Assembly: GCA_045636385.1 (NCBI GenBank) | Contig: JAZTXK010000002.1 | Span: 15,644-79,643, forward strand | Reading direction: 5' to 3' | Origin: Eubacteriales bacterium | Lineage (GTDB): Bacteria; Bacillota; Clostridia; Oscillospirales; CAG-272 | DNA: 64,000 nt | Part shown: positions 1 through 10,596 of the stretch, piece after piece | Layout of the letters: each line of letters begins with the position of its first letter | Position numbering within the stretch: position 1 is the stretch's first letter | Program-made: the position numbers and the translations under genes | The notes under the pieces: generated by a model | What the model was told of the DNA's origin: nothing | Database searches by the model: none | What the model saw: only the letters and a program-made list of their open reading frames with translations

Positions 1-610
1 AGTTGACTTCAGGGGCGTAGTTTTTAAGAGTGATCGGCCAGTAAGCAACGCTTTCGCCCGCGCCGAGTATATTAACGCCCGCCTCTCTTGAAAGAGGAAG
101 TCTACCCTTGGGTTCACCCGCAGGCTCTCGGGCGGGAGAATAGATCAAAGCCTCGTAATCATAAAGATCTACGTCCTTATCGGTCGGATTGAAGAGCTCA
201 ACGTAGCAAGTGAATTCCTTACCCTTCGGTCTGCCGAAAATCTCCGTAATGGCAAGTGGGGGGAGTGCGGGGAGATCGGTGGGATTAATGATCCTGCAAA
301 CGTATGGCGGAAGTTTGCTCTTATCCTCTCCCTCGGCATAAATTCTATATGCAAGCAGATCGCCCTTAATAGTTGATGCTGGGATATCGGCGCGGTAGAT
401 CACGAACGCCACACCCTTGCGCTCGTATCTGTCAACGGGATAAAGATAATATTCCTTCTCCCCGTCTATTTTAAAGCAAAGCTTTTCCGGTGCGTTTTCA
501 CCGAAAACTCGGTAAGCGGCGGATATCGAAAAAGGCGAGCCCGACATCACAAATTCGGGTGCCGCGTGAAGCACCTCGGGCAAGCTTCTATTGAATCTTT
601 TGGTCTTCAT
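1..610 (-). CDS. hypothetical protein, N-terminal part only (runs off window); lamin-tail-domain-like segment
   Basis: ATG at 610-608 preceded by GGAGGA RBS (complement of 616-621). The frame is open to base 1. My own translation reads MKTKRFNRSLPEVL... The stretch ITEIF...CYVELFNPTDKDVDL resembles the LTD signature. It is absent from the ORF track because it is truncated. Confidence 0.5.
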   Translation of the reverse strand, partial: MKTKRFNRSLPEVLHAAPEFVMSGSPFSISAAYRVFGENAPEKLCFKIDGEKEYYLYPVDRYERKGVAFVIYRADIPASTIKGDLLAYRIYAEGEDKSKLPPYVCRIINPTDLPALPPLAITEIFGRPKGKEFTCYVELFNPTDKDVDLYDYEALIYSPAREPAGEPKGRLPLSREAGVNILGAGESVAYWPITLKNYAPEVN

Positions 611-678
611 TTCAGTTCCTCCGTCAGAAGCTAAAATTAATCATATATATTATACCATTATTTTTTGTTTTCTGCAAT

Positions 679-711
679 AAAAAAGCGGCACTTTTTAAAA
701 AAAGTGCCGAC
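679..711 (-). terminator. intrinsic terminator after the nucleoside hydrolase gene (end of the dcw/ftsZ transcription unit)
   Basis: Stem CGGCACTTTTT / AAAAAGTGCCG (686-709). On the minus strand it is followed by CTTTTTTATT. Confidence 0.75.
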
Positions 712-721
712 TTTTTTGCCA

Positions 722-1621
722 TTATTTTTCGCTAAGTGTCTTGAAGAGGTCCGCATAAAGGGGGTCTCTGCGGATTTTTCTTACATAGAGATAATGATGG
801 CGTGCTGAATCAAATGCATACCTACAGTCGCTTGTGACGTAAGGACAGGGTATCTCGACGATTTCCATCGAATTGGGAACCGTCATACATCCGATTGCGG
901 TGACATCCCATACCACCTTGGATCTCGCATATCCCCAGTTTATGTAATCACCCGTGATGGAACAGAGGTAATTACAGAGCTCGTTCTTGCCCTTGAGGTA
1001 AAAGTCAAGCTCGGCGGGGGTTGTGATGAAGGACGAACAAACGCCGTCGCAGGGGATCTGGAGGAAGGGGATGTGGGAGTCGAAGAGCACCTGAGCACCG
1101 GGAATATCCTGACGCAAATTGAATTCCTTAGTGTCGGGACGCTCGAGGGCGTGTCCGCCAAGCCAAATAACCGCGCTTCTCTTGGCAATTTCAGGTTCCT
1201 TTGCCAACGCTGACGCCACGTTGGTAATTGCACCTATCGCCACGATAACGACGGGAGTCTCACGCGACATTACCGTGTTGATAATGTTTTCGCAAGCATC
1301 AGACTCGACGATATCGGTCTTTGAAGTCATAAAGCGTGTGCTTCCGCGGTAGACCGGCACCTGCGCTGCCATCTCCGCATTAGTCAGCTTCATGATATTA
1401 AAGATTTCATTGTAACTTTTCTCCATTCCTTCAGCCGCACTTGAAGAACGGCTGTTGAAGAAAGGAGCGGCGTTGACCGAAAGAAGATTGATCTTCTTTT
1501 TTGAGAGCATTGCGTATGCAAGAGCATACTGATCGTCGATCTCGTTATAGGTATCGGTATCTAAAATTATATCAATAATTTGATCGCTTGCAATGAGCGC
1601 TCTGAATTCGGAAAGTGTCAT
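722..1621 (-). CDS. nucleoside hydrolase (inosine/uridine-preferring family)
   Basis: 299 aa. The N-terminal Asp-rich motif DTDTYNEIDDQYALAYAM is typical of the IU-nucleoside hydrolase family. GGAG RBS. The start lies 18 nt after the ftsZ stop. Confidence 0.75.
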   Translation of the reverse strand: MTLSEFRALIASDQIIDIILDTDTYNEIDDQYALAYAMLSKKKINLLSVNAAPFFNSRSSSAAEGMEKSYNEIFNIMKLTNAEMAAQVPVYRGSTRFMTSKTDIVESDACENIINTVMSRETPVVIVAIGAITNVASALAKEPEIAKRSAVIWLGGHALERPDTKEFNLRQDIPGAQVLFDSHIPFLQIPCDGVCSSFITTPAELDFYLKGKNELCNYLCSITGDYINWGYARSKVVWDVTAIGCMTVPNSMEIVEIPCPYVTSDCRYAFDSARHHYLYVRKIRRDPLYADLFKTLSEK

Positions 1622-1639
1622 TTTGATTACTCCGATTGA

Positions 1640-2953
1640 TTATCTTCTGCCGTTTCCGCTTCCGTAATCGGTTCTCGGCTTGCGGGAACGAAGGATGGAC
1701 ATTATATCGTCAAAGCTATCGCCGCCCTGGGGTGCCTTAGGAGTATTGGTAGCCGCAGGCTGGGGAGCAGGTGCGGGCTGGGGAGCGGGCGCGGGAGTAG
1801 GATTGGGTGCGGGAGCGGGTGCGGGAGCGGGCTCAGCCTGAGGTGCGGGAGCAGGCGCGGGAGCCTGTTTCTGCTGAGCGCCATTGTTATTGCGCTGGGG
1901 CTGATTGTTATTCTGAGGACGTGCGGGAGCAGAAGCAGGGGTGGAATTATTGCGATTATGCTCATTATGACCGGGGTTTTCAAAGCCGGTTGCAATAATC
2001 GTAATCTTCATCTCATCCTCAAGATCGGGATCGAATGCAGCTCCCCAAATTACGTTCGCATCAGGATGAGCCTCTGCAGTGATCATGCTGGAAGCAAGAT
2101 CTGCATCCTCGAGTCCAACGTCGGGAGACATGGTGATGCTTACAAGAATGCCGGTTGCGCCCTTGATCGAGGTTTCGAGAAGGGGGCTCGAAATAGCAGC
2201 CTTTGCCGCAATCTCTGCCTTATCCTTACCTGTTGCGGAGCCGGTACCCATATGAGCATAGCCTGCATCGCGCATTACGCTGGTAACGTCCGCAAAGTCA
2301 AGGTTGATGAAGCCGGGAACGTTGATAAGCTCGGAAATACTCTGAACGCCGCGACGGAGAACGTCGTCTGCGATCTCAAAAGCATTCTTGAGAGTGATGC
2401 GGGTTTCGGAGACCTGCTTGAGTCTTTCGTTGGGAATAATAACGAGGGAGTCGACGTAGTTGCGAAGATCCTCGATACCCTTTTCTGCCTGAAGCATACG
2501 GCGGCGACCCTCGAAAAGGAAGGGCTTGGTTACGATAGCGACCGTAAGAATGTCCATCTCGTGCGCAATTCTTGCAACAACGGGAGCTGCGCCGGTTCCG
2601 GTTCCGCCGCCCATACCGGTTGCAATAAATACCATATCTGCGCCTGCGAGTGCCGCGCGGATCTCTTCTGCGTTCTCTTCAGCAGCGCGCTGACCGATCT
2701 CGGGATTAGCGCCTGCACCGTGACCTCTTGTGATTCTCTCACCGATGGGAATGAGAGTAGGAGATACAGAGTTGCGAAGTGCCTGACGGTCGGTGTTGAC
2801 CGCGATAAACTCAACGCCTCTGATGTTGGTGTCGATCATTCTGTTGACAGCGTTATTTCCGCCGCCGCCAACGCCTACTACCTTGATGCTGACGCCGCTA
2901 TCAAGGACGTCGTCGTTTGTGTTGTAATTCTCGTGTTCGTAGCTGTAATCCAT
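1640..2953 (-). CDS. ftsZ: cell division GTPase FtsZ
   Basis: 437 aa. It has the tubulin signature [10 protein letters not shown] and NAVNRM, a Pro/Ala-rich linker and a conserved C-terminal peptide (DDIMSILR). GGAGG RBS. Confidence 0.97.
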   Translation of the reverse strand: MDYSYEHENYNTNDDVLDSGVSIKVVGVGGGGNNAVNRMIDTNIRGVEFIAVNTDRQALRNSVSPTLIPIGERITRGHGAGANPEIGQRAAEENAEEIRAALAGADMVFIATGMGGGTGTGAAPVVARIAHEMDILTVAIVTKPFLFEGRRRMLQAEKGIEDLRNYVDSLVIIPNERLKQVSETRITLKNAFEIADDVLRRGVQSISELINVPGFINLDFADVTSVMRDAGYAHMGTGSATGKDKAEIAAKAAISSPLLETSIKGATGILVSITMSPDVGLEDADLASSMITAEAHPDANVIWGAAFDPDLEDEMKITIIATGFENPGHNEHNRNNSTPASAPARPQNNNQPQRNNNGAQQKQAPAPAPAPQAEPAPAPAPAPNPTPAPAPQPAPAPQPAATNTPKAPQGGDSFDDIMSILRSRKPRTDYGSGNGRR

Positions 2954-3011
2954 TTTATATTCCTCCGATTTTATAGATACGCCCGTAGGCTATAATTTAC
3001 TTCTATATAAT

Positions 3012-3040
3012 ATAATAAATGTTTTTTGACGTTTTTTCAA
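3012..3040 (-). promoter_or_regulatory. candidate internal promoter for ftsZ
   Basis: -35 TTGAAA (complement of 3035-3040), 17-nt spacer, -10 TATTAT (complement of 3012-3017), inside the 144-nt divIB-ftsZ gap. Confidence 0.4.
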
Positions 3041-3097
3041 GTACTTTTTAAGAAAAAGTTTGATCATTACCGAAAAATATTTTTCCGGTAACGGAAA

Positions 3098-4096
3098 TCA
3101 TTCCCTTACATCGGGATCAATATTCGCATCAAGTATGATTCCGCTGACATTGGCTACTCTTACGTCTATGATTCCCGTAGTGAGGCAAGCATCTCCGTTT
3201 TCTTCTATCATTTTAGAAACGGTGGCAAACTTCAGCTCCATATCTATGGGAGAGCCCCAAAGAACTCGGAATTTTCCATCGACCGAAGTGACGATATCAA
3301 ACTTCTTATCAAAATATAATCTTCCGACTCTTCCCTTCAGCTCGGAGCGATTGAGTAATTTGAAGAACTCGGTAATGTACTCACCGCTTGTTCCCTCAAG
3401 TACCAATTCTTCTCCAACGACCGCCTTCGATACCCGAGGAAGCTCTACTAAAGGAAGTCCGTTAAGCATCGCTTCATCGTCCGTCCGTTCGAGAACTCGC
3501 AAGGATGCCGTTAAAATATATTTCTCGCCTTCTATCTGAGCATAAAAGGCAGGAGTTTCGTCGACCAGATTGAAAACTATGACGTTCGGCAATTCAAAGC
3601 TGATCTCACAGCTTTGAACGTAAGGCAGATTGTCTAAAACCGCTGCTTCGGCTTCGCCAGCCTTAAGCAGTGGCAAACCGTCACCAACCAAAAGCTCCGC
3701 GGCGGCAAGCAATTCGTTTTCCGAATAAAACGTGTCTCCCTCTACGCGGATCTCCTCAATAACGAGATATGCAGAGGTCAGCTTAACGGCAGGAATGATC
3801 ATCAGCATCACTAATGCAAGTCCGATGCAGACCATCAAGATTTTTGCTTTTGCTCTTCTGGCCGGATCAGATGCCGCCTCTTCCGCCTTAAAGCGTCGTG
3901 TCGACGGATGAGTCAGACTATATTCATCTGCGTCATAGTTATTGTAGATCCAATTTGAGACCTTCTTCCTCGTCATTGAATATCTTCTGACGTAAGTTTT
4001 TTCTTCTCTTTTAACGAAGGTCGATACGTTGGAAGCAGTCCCGCCGTTACCACGATCATTCCGTATGACCTTGTTATTGGGTTTTAATTCATTCAT
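3098..4096 (-). CDS. divIB: cell division protein DivIB/FtsQ-like
   Basis: 332 aa. A single TM (ILMVCIGLALVMLMIIPAV) is followed by a POTRA-like segment (VIEEIRVEGDTFYSENELL). It sits between murG and ftsZ. Confidence 0.7.
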   Translation of the reverse strand: MNELKPNNKVIRNDRGNGGTASNVSTFVKREEKTYVRRYSMTRKKVSNWIYNNYDADEYSLTHPSTRRFKAEEAASDPARRAKAKILMVCIGLALVMLMIIPAVKLTSAYLVIEEIRVEGDTFYSENELLAAAELLVGDGLPLLKAGEAEAAVLDNLPYVQSCEISFELPNVIVFNLVDETPAFYAQIEGEKYILTASLRVLERTDDEAMLNGLPLVELPRVSKAVVGEELVLEGTSGEYITEFFKLLNRSELKGRVGRLYFDKKFDIVTSVDGKFRVLWGSPIDMELKFATVSKMIEENGDACLTTGIIDVRVANVSGIILDANIDPDVRE

Positions 4097-4140
4097 ACCG
4101 ACGAGACACCTTCTTTCTTTTTAGATTTCCTATATTACCT

Positions 4141-5256
4141 TTATTTGCCGACCTTGGCAAGTCTCATAAGCTCATCGAAAATCAGCTTATTAGAGTCAAG
4201 AGGGGCAAATCCCGCAATAGACTTCTCCATTGATTCTCTTCTATCAGAATCTTCAAGCAGATTTGCAACGGCTTTGCATATCTTTCCGTCAACAAGCTCG
4301 GGCTCGCGTATCATATAAGCGCCGCCGATATCCGCAAGTGCCTTCGCATTCTTCGTTTGCTGATCGTCTGTTACGTTCGGAGAGGGGATAAGTATCGCCG
4401 CCTTACCTTGACGGGCAAGCTCTGAGATCGTAATCGCGCCCGCGCGGCTGATTATCAGATCCGCCGCCGCCATACGAAGAGGCATATCGTAGATATATTG
4501 AAGCAGTTCTATGTTTTCGTATTTATCAAGCTTCGCCTCAAGGAAGCGTTTCTTTACCGATTCGTAATGGTCGCCGCCCGTTGCGTGGGTGTAACGCACA
4601 TTCTTGTGCGCGCTTACGTAATCGCGCATAAGCTCGAGTGCCATATCGTTCATCGCCGCCGCACCGAGGCTTCCGCCGAAGGAAACGATATATTTGCAAT
4701 CGCGGCTAATGCCAAGTCGGTCACGTGCCTCATCGCGACTGATATGACCGAACTGACCGAGCATAGGACATCCGACCTGCATAACCTTGCCGCTCTTTCC
4801 GAGGATCTCGGCACTTACTGCGAAGTTAGTAAAAATTCTGTCCACGTAGGGAACAAGCTTTCTCACCGCAAGTCCGGGGACTGCATTCGACTCGTGAACC
4901 GCTGTGGGTATCTTCATTCTCGAAGCGGCAACGAGTATCGGCCAGCTTACGTAACCGCCCGTACCGACGACGAGATCGGGCTTGAACTCTTTTATGATCT
5001 TCTTTGCCTTGACGGGCGAGATCGCCGCAAGCCAAAGGGAACGTATATTATATAATGAAAGCGAGCGTCTGATGCCGCGCACGTCAACGTGGTAAAGCTT
5101 ATACCCTGCCTTGGGAACGAGCTCATTTTCAAGTCCGCGGACGGTACCGACGAATGCTATCTCCGCATCGGGAATGTTTTCTTTAAATGTATTTGCTATG
5201 GCAAGTGCGGGATTGACGTGACCGCCCGTTCCGCCGCCTGTAACGAGAACCCTCAT
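4141..5256 (-). CDS. murG: UDP-N-acetylglucosamine--lipid I GlcNAc transferase MurG
   Basis: 371 aa. N-terminal GGTGGHVNPALAIA motif, AAAGGAG RBS and dcw context. Confidence 0.93.
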   Translation of the reverse strand: MRVLVTGGGTGGHVNPALAIANTFKENIPDAEIAFVGTVRGLENELVPKAGYKLYHVDVRGIRRSLSLYNIRSLWLAAISPVKAKKIIKEFKPDLVVGTGGYVSWPILVAASRMKIPTAVHESNAVPGLAVRKLVPYVDRIFTNFAVSAEILGKSGKVMQVGCPMLGQFGHISRDEARDRLGISRDCKYIVSFGGSLGAAAMNDMALELMRDYVSAHKNVRYTHATGGDHYESVKKRFLEAKLDKYENIELLQYIYDMPLRMAAADLIISRAGAITISELARQGKAAILIPSPNVTDDQQTKNAKALADIGGAYMIREPELVDGKICKAVANLLEDSDRRESMEKSIAGFAPLDSNKLIFDELMRLAKVGK

Positions 5257-5274
5257 AAGCGGGCTCCTTTCGTG

Positions 5275-6531
5275 TTATTGTTTTTGTGTGCAGAATCTTG
5301 ACAAACCAAGTATGATACCCATGTCGATCATCTGCGAGATTGTTGCGCTTCCTCCGCTCGAGAAGAACGGAAGCGAAATGCCGGTATTGGGAAGAACACC
5401 GCTTACAACACCGACGTTAAGAATAACGTGTATGGCAAGCTTGAAGCTAAGGCCGAGTATAACGAGAGAAATGTACTTATCGGGAGCACGAAGTCCGAGT
5501 ATAACGCCTCTGACGACCAGAGCTAAGAATAAAAGCATAATTGCAGTTGCGCCGAAAAATCCGAGCTCTTCGCATACTATCGTGAACACAAAATCGTTCT
5601 GAGGTTGCGAAACGTAGCCGTATTTAAGGCTTGATTCGCCAATTCCGACTCCGAAGAGGCCACCCGTGCCTATCGCGTATAAGCCTTGAGTAGACTGCCA
5701 GTTTTCAACCAGGTTGTCGCTGCCTTTATCAAGGAAACTGTTGATTCGCTTCATTGCATAATCGGAATTTTGTATCAGTATCCAGACTAACGGAATAAAC
5801 GGCAGCAGAGCGGCAAACCATCCGAAATAAGTTCCGCCGATAAATAACATACCGACCCCGATCGCCGCTGTGATAATGATTCCCGAGAAATGATGCTCAA
5901 AGAATATCAGCACGCACACCAAAAGGAAGATAAAAGACGGAGCGATCAGTCCATGAAACAGAGAATATCTGTTAAAGCCGGAATTTACCGATTCATCGTA
6001 TCGGGTAAGATAAAGAGACATAACGAGGATCACGCCCGTTTTAGCAAGCTCGGAGGGCTGGAGTGTAAAAAATCCCAGATCCAACCATCTCTTTGCTCCT
6101 CCTCCCTCAACGCCTATAATAAGAACGAGGATGAGAAGCCCGATTGATCCAATATAAAACGCTACCGACAAAACGCGCATCCATCTCGGATGAGATGCGA
6201 AGTAGAAGAACGCGGCAACAACGAAACCTACTGCAAGGTGCTTGAGGTGATTGAGTACAAAATGGAAGCCGGTGCCGTACGCCTCGGAGGCGTACGCAGA
6301 ACCCGCGCTGAACGAAAGCACAGTTCCGAGAGATATCAGCAATACGCAAAGGACGGTAAAGAACATATCCGGACGGCTTTGCAGCATTTTGAGCGCTACT
6401 TCGTCGCTCTCGAACAAGCTCTTATCCTCTCTCTCCCGAAGAAAGAGAAGAGATCTTTTCTTTGCCCGACGGCGCTTTTCGAGGTCGCCGCTTACGTCGA
6501 CGGCGTATTTTCTTTTGTTAAACCGTCCCAT
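5275..6531 (-). CDS. ftsW: SEDS-family peptidoglycan polymerase FtsW/SpoVE
   Basis: 418 aa polytopic membrane protein with a basic N-terminal tail. It sits between mraY and murG. GGAGG RBS. Confidence 0.9.
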   Translation of the reverse strand: MGRFNKRKYAVDVSGDLEKRRRAKKRSLLFLREREDKSLFESDEVALKMLQSRPDMFFTVLCVLLISLGTVLSFSAGSAYASEAYGTGFHFVLNHLKHLAVGFVVAAFFYFASHPRWMRVLSVAFYIGSIGLLILVLIIGVEGGGAKRWLDLGFFTLQPSELAKTGVILVMSLYLTRYDESVNSGFNRYSLFHGLIAPSFIFLLVCVLIFFEHHFSGIIITAAIGVGMLFIGGTYFGWFAALLPFIPLVWILIQNSDYAMKRINSFLDKGSDNLVENWQSTQGLYAIGTGGLFGVGIGESSLKYGYVSQPQNDFVFTIVCEELGFFGATAIMLLFLALVVRGVILGLRAPDKYISLVILGLSFKLAIHVILNVGVVSGVLPNTGISLPFFSSGGSATISQMIDMGIILGLSRFCTQKQ

Positions 6532-6590
6532 ACGGCAGCCTCCTATCCGAAACGGCGCGGGGCACGGTTTCGCTGATTATTATTGTCTCC

Positions 6591-7586
6591 CTACAGACCG
6601 AAATACGCAAGAACGCACGCAATGGCGGTAATAAGCGTGAACACGCCTACGACCTTGACCTCGCTCCAGCCGCACTTTTCAAAGTGATGGTGGATGGGTG
6701 CCATCTTGAAGATGCGCTTTCCGTGTGTCAGCTTGAAGTAGCCGACCTGAAGAATGACCGACATGACCTCGATAAGGTAAATGATGCCTGCAATGAGGAT
6801 TATCAGCGGTTCGTCGGCGAGGAACGCCATACCGACCGCTGCACCGCCGAGATAAAGCGAGCCGGTGTCGCCCATAAATATCTTTGCGGGGTAGAAATTA
6901 TACATAAGGAATCCGACCGTACCGCCGATAACGGTAGCGGGGAGGATTGCAAGCTCGGGCTTGAGTGCGACGAACGCCGCAACTGCGAAGAACGCGCCGA
7001 TAACGGCAGTAACGCTCGAGCAAAGACCGTCGATACCGTCGGTCAGGTTAACGGAATTGACCATTCCCGCGATAAAGAGCACCGCGAGGAAGTAGTAGAA
7101 GATGCCAAGCTCGATCTCAATACCGAAATAGGGAATCTCAAGCGCAGTATCGATAAAGCCGCAAGCCGACATCGCCCAAAGGTACGCAACGGCAACGAGG
7201 AACTGAAGCACGAGCTTCTGCCAAGCAAGGAATCCTTGGTTCTGCTTTTTGATAAGCTTGGTATAATCATCGAAGAAACCGATAAGACCGTTCAGGAGCG
7301 CAAGCGTAAAGGTGAGCCATACGCTGAGAAGCTCGCTCGCTCTGCCGAGGTAAGCGTAAACTCCCGTAATAACTCCAAGACCGACAGCCGCAGCTATAAT
7401 GAAACCGAGACCGCCCATGATCGGAGTACCCTCCTTGCCCTTATGCCAACGAGGTCCGATCTCATAGATTTTCTGACCTATCTTGCGGCTTTTCAGCACG
7501 GGGATGAGCTTGCGTAGAATCAGCCACGTGAGCAGGAAAACTCCAAGAGTCAATGGGAAAAATTCCGTCAGCATCCGTTCCTTCAT
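6591..7586 (-). CDS. mraY: phospho-N-acetylmuramoyl-pentapeptide transferase MraY
   Basis: 331 aa with motifs NSVNLTDGIDGL and MGDTGSL. Polytopic. Confidence 0.95.
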   Translation of the reverse strand: MKERMLTEFFPLTLGVFLLTWLILRKLIPVLKSRKIGQKIYEIGPRWHKGKEGTPIMGGLGFIIAAAVGLGVITGVYAYLGRASELLSVWLTFTLALLNGLIGFFDDYTKLIKKQNQGFLAWQKLVLQFLVAVAYLWAMSACGFIDTALEIPYFGIEIELGIFYYFLAVLFIAGMVNSVNLTDGIDGLCSSVTAVIGAFFAVAAFVALKPELAILPATVIGGTVGFLMYNFYPAKIFMGDTGSLYLGGAAVGMAFLADEPLIILIAGIIYLIEVMSVILQVGYFKLTHGKRIFKMAPIHHHFEKCGWSEVKVVGVFTLITAIACVLAYFGL

Positions 7587-7612
7587 AACAAAATCCTTTT
7601 CTTAAATCAAAA

Positions 7613-9019
7613 TTAAAGTAGATTTTTAAGCTCTGCTGCAACTCTTTCCGCGGCGATCAGGCGGCTTGCCTTGAGGATAAGCGTGTCACCCGCTTCAAGG
7701 ATATCCGCAAGCGCACGAGCGGGTGCGTTTGCATCGCTTCTGTCGGGGAATCGGGACACTTTATCCTCACCCTTGACCGAAGCAAATCCGTCAGCGATCT
7801 TCTCCGCTCTCTCGCCGAAGCTGACAAGTCTGTCAACTCCCGAATCAGCGAAATATTTTCCTACAGCGTAATGAAGCTCAGCAGAGGACGAACCAAGCTC
7901 AAGCATATCGCCGAGAAGTGCGACCATCTTTCCGCTTCTATGAGACGCCACCGAGGTGAGCACCGAAGCCGCCGCGCGCATCGATTCGGGACTTGCGTTG
8001 TAGCAGTCCGAAATGATTCTGACGCCGCCCAAATCAGTCATCTGCTGACGCAGACCGACCGATCTGTAAGTCAAAATACCTCGTCTGATGCGTTCCTCGT
8101 CAATGCCAAACATAAAGCCCACGGCAATTCCCGCCAGAGCCGCCGCTACGTTATGCTTGCCGATAGCGGGGATCTCGAGGTCGTAAAGGTGAGTTCCGAG
8201 ACAGGAAGCGTCAAAGGTCATTCCGCCCTCGTAGGTGGATATATTATAAGCGTAATATTCAATATTCTGCGCATCGGCCGAGAAATAGCTTACGCGCGGG
8301 TCATTCTTGCCCTCGTCCGCAAGCAACGGCTCGTTGCCGCAAAGGAGAAGATGACCGTCCTCCGCAAGCGAGCTCTTGATCTCGAGCTTTGCCTTCGCGA
8401 TATTCTCGCGCGAGCCGAGAAGCTCCATGTGCGCCGTACCGATCGTGGTAATAACTCCGATCTCGGGGCTGGCAATATCGGAAAGAAGCTTAATCTCTCC
8501 GGGTCCCGTCATTCCCATTTCAAGGACTGCGTAATCCGCATCCTCGGGAAGAGTCAGAAGCGACATGGGAAGTCCGACGGTGCTGTTGAAGTTTCCTTCG
8601 GTCTTCCAGACCTTGCCCGCAGTTGCGAGCACGGATGCGATAAATTCCTTGGTCGTCGTCTTGCCTACGCTTCCGGTGACGCCCACTCTTCTTGCACGAC
8701 AGTTTTTCGAGTACTCCGCGCCGAGTCTGCCGAGCGCCTTAACGGTATCCTCAACCAGAATGATCGGGAGGTTGCCCGCGCCCTCGGGGATGCGACTGCA
8801 AAGCGCACACACCGCGCCGGCGTTTCTGACCTGTTCGATAAATATATGTCCATCAACCCGTTCACCGACGATGGCAATGAACATCGTACCGCATTCAACC
8901 TCGCGCGAATCGGTGCAAACGCTCTCGACGGCTACGTTACCGTCGCCGATGAGTCTGCCGCCGCAGAGATCAGCTATTTCTTGAGTTGTAGGTATATTAT
9001 TAGCAAATCTAACCTTCAT
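7613..9019 (-). CDS. murF: UDP-MurNAc-tripeptide--D-Ala-D-Ala ligase MurF
   Basis: 468 aa. Mur-ligase P-loop GVTGSVGKTTTKE. Overlaps the murE stop by 11 nt. Confidence 0.9.
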   Translation of the reverse strand: MKVRFANNIPTTQEIADLCGGRLIGDGNVAVESVCTDSREVECGTMFIAIVGERVDGHIFIEQVRNAGAVCALCSRIPEGAGNLPIILVEDTVKALGRLGAEYSKNCRARRVGVTGSVGKTTTKEFIASVLATAGKVWKTEGNFNSTVGLPMSLLTLPEDADYAVLEMGMTGPGEIKLLSDIASPEIGVITTIGTAHMELLGSRENIAKAKLEIKSSLAEDGHLLLCGNEPLLADEGKNDPRVSYFSADAQNIEYYAYNISTYEGGMTFDASCLGTHLYDLEIPAIGKHNVAAALAGIAVGFMFGIDEERIRRGILTYRSVGLRQQMTDLGGVRIISDCYNASPESMRAAASVLTSVASHRSGKMVALLGDMLELGSSSAELHYAVGKYFADSGVDRLVSFGERAEKIADGFASVKGEDKVSRFPDRSDANAPARALADILEAGDTLILKASRLIAAERVAAELKNLL

Positions 9020-10535
9020 TTTCGTTATCTTCCTTTATTTGCGTCCCGACAAGCCTTTTAAGCGTTTCCTCGGCTATTCCAGCCTCGTCGAAATCCCGCT
9101 GTCCGAGAGGACCTATCTCATATTTCTCGTGTCCTTTTCCGCAGAGGAGAACTACGTCGCCGCCTCTTGCCTGCTCCACGGCGTATCTGATCGCTTCCCT
9201 CCGCGAGGGGATCACGGCGTGTGCCGTTTGGGGATCAAAGCCACCGAGTATCTCTCCTATTATATTCTCGGGCAATTCACTTCTGCTGTTGTCCGAGGTC
9301 ACAATGCATAAATCAGCCGACCGCGATGCGATTCCTCCCATCAGCGGACGTTTGAGTCGGTCGCGGTCACCGCCGCAACCAAAGACCAGAATGATCCTTC
9401 CGCCTTCCTCGGTAAGTCCGCGAGCAGTTTCGAGGATCCGCTCAAGCGCATCGGGAGTATGCGCATAGTCGATATAGATCGACGCCGCGTATCCCGAGGG
9501 GGTACGCAAACGCTTTAGTCTGCCCGGAGCACCGCCGAAGCCCGAAAGTGCCTCGGAAGCCGTCCTACCGCTTATTCCGAATTCAAGCGCGACCGCGAGT
9601 GCCGCGAGAGTGTTATCTACGTTAAACCGCCCTGCCATCGGCACGCGTATCTCACGAACTATATTCTTTGCGCAGAGCGTGTATGCTATTCCGTCAACAC
9701 CACAGAGCTTGATTCCCTCCGCCTTGTAGTCCGCGCCTCTCTTGCACTGCGCAGAGAAGAATACGAGCCGCGCGCACGAGCCCGTAGCCATCGCATACGA
9801 GCGATATCTTTCGGCATAGGAGTCATCGAAATTGATAAACGCCGTCTTACATTTTTCAAGAAGCGACGCCTTGGCAAGGAAGTAATTTTCCATATTGCCG
9901 TGGAAATCAAGATGTTCGGCAGTGAGATTGGTAAATACTGCCGCCTCAAAATTCAAGGGAGCAAGTCTGCCGAGCGCCAGCGCGTGTGAGCTCGCCTCTA
10001 TAAAGACGTACTCCGCGCCGTCGTCACGCATTTCAGCGAGCACGCGGTAAAGCGTGTCTGGATCCGGTGTAGTCATAGAGTTGGTCTGCAGAAATCTTTT
10101 CGGCGTTCTGCAGTATACGGTTCCGATAATTCCGCACTTATGAAAAGCGGCGGAAAATATCGCGTCGAGCATAAAGCTGACCGTAGTTTTGCCGTTAGTT
10201 CCCGTAACCGCAACGAGTTTCATCTCTCTCGACGGGTGACAGTACCACGCATCCCACAGCCGCGCGAGCGCGGCTGCGGTGTCGTGAGTGTATATGACGG
10301 TGACTCCGCCCGGCAGATCGCTCAGTTCATTCTCCGCAAGTATCGCCACAGCACCTTTCGCCGTGGCAACTCCCGCGTAGGAATGTCCGTCGTGATTGCG
10401 ACCTCGAATGCACACGAACAGCGAATTTTCAACTGCCGAGCGCGAGTCTGATGATATCGTAGTTATTTCAATGTTCTCGTTCCCCGTGGCACGGTAAAAG
10501 ATGCCCGAGGATCGTAAAAGCTCTTTAAGAAGCAT
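9009..10535 (-). CDS. murE: UDP-MurNAc-L-Ala-D-Glu--2,6-diaminopimelate ligase MurE
   Basis: 508 aa. P-loop VTGTNGKTT. The C-terminal TSDNSRSE is a DNPR-type motif with the Arg retained. GGAGGAG RBS. Confidence 0.92.
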   Translation of the reverse strand: MLLKELLRSSGIFYRATGNENIEITTISSDSRSAVENSLFVCIRGRNHDGHSYAGVATAKGAVAILAENELSDLPGGVTVIYTHDTAAALARLWDAWYCHPSREMKLVAVTGTNGKTTVSFMLDAIFSAAFHKCGIIGTVYCRTPKRFLQTNSMTTPDPDTLYRVLAEMRDDGAEYVFIEASSHALALGRLAPLNFEAAVFTNLTAEHLDFHGNMENYFLAKASLLEKCKTAFINFDDSYAERYRSYAMATGSCARLVFFSAQCKRGADYKAEGIKLCGVDGIAYTLCAKNIVREIRVPMAGRFNVDNTLAALAVALEFGISGRTASEALSGFGGAPGRLKRLRTPSGYAASIYIDYAHTPDALERILETARGLTEEGGRIILVFGCGGDRDRLKRPLMGGIASRSADLCIVTSDNSRSELPENIIGEILGGFDPQTAHAVIPSRREAIRYAVEQARGGDVVLLCGKGHEKYEIGPLGQRDFDEAGIAEETLKRLVGTQIKEDNENEG

Positions 10536-10596
10536 GGATCTCCTCCGATGATTTTTTATTTAATCATCCGTGAGATTTTACATCCGATGCTTTTAT

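Noticed and set aside
169-354. 61-aa minus-strand ORF
   Set aside because: It lies inside the longer truncated CDS 1-610 on the same strand but in a different frame. It has no RBS.
1726-1951. Short GC-rich iterated DNA motifs (GGGAGCGGG/TGCGGG) that might look like a repeat array
   Set aside because: They lie inside ftsZ and encode the Pro/Ala-rich disordered linker (APAPAPAP...). There is no spacer structure. This is not a CRISPR array or a mobile repeat.
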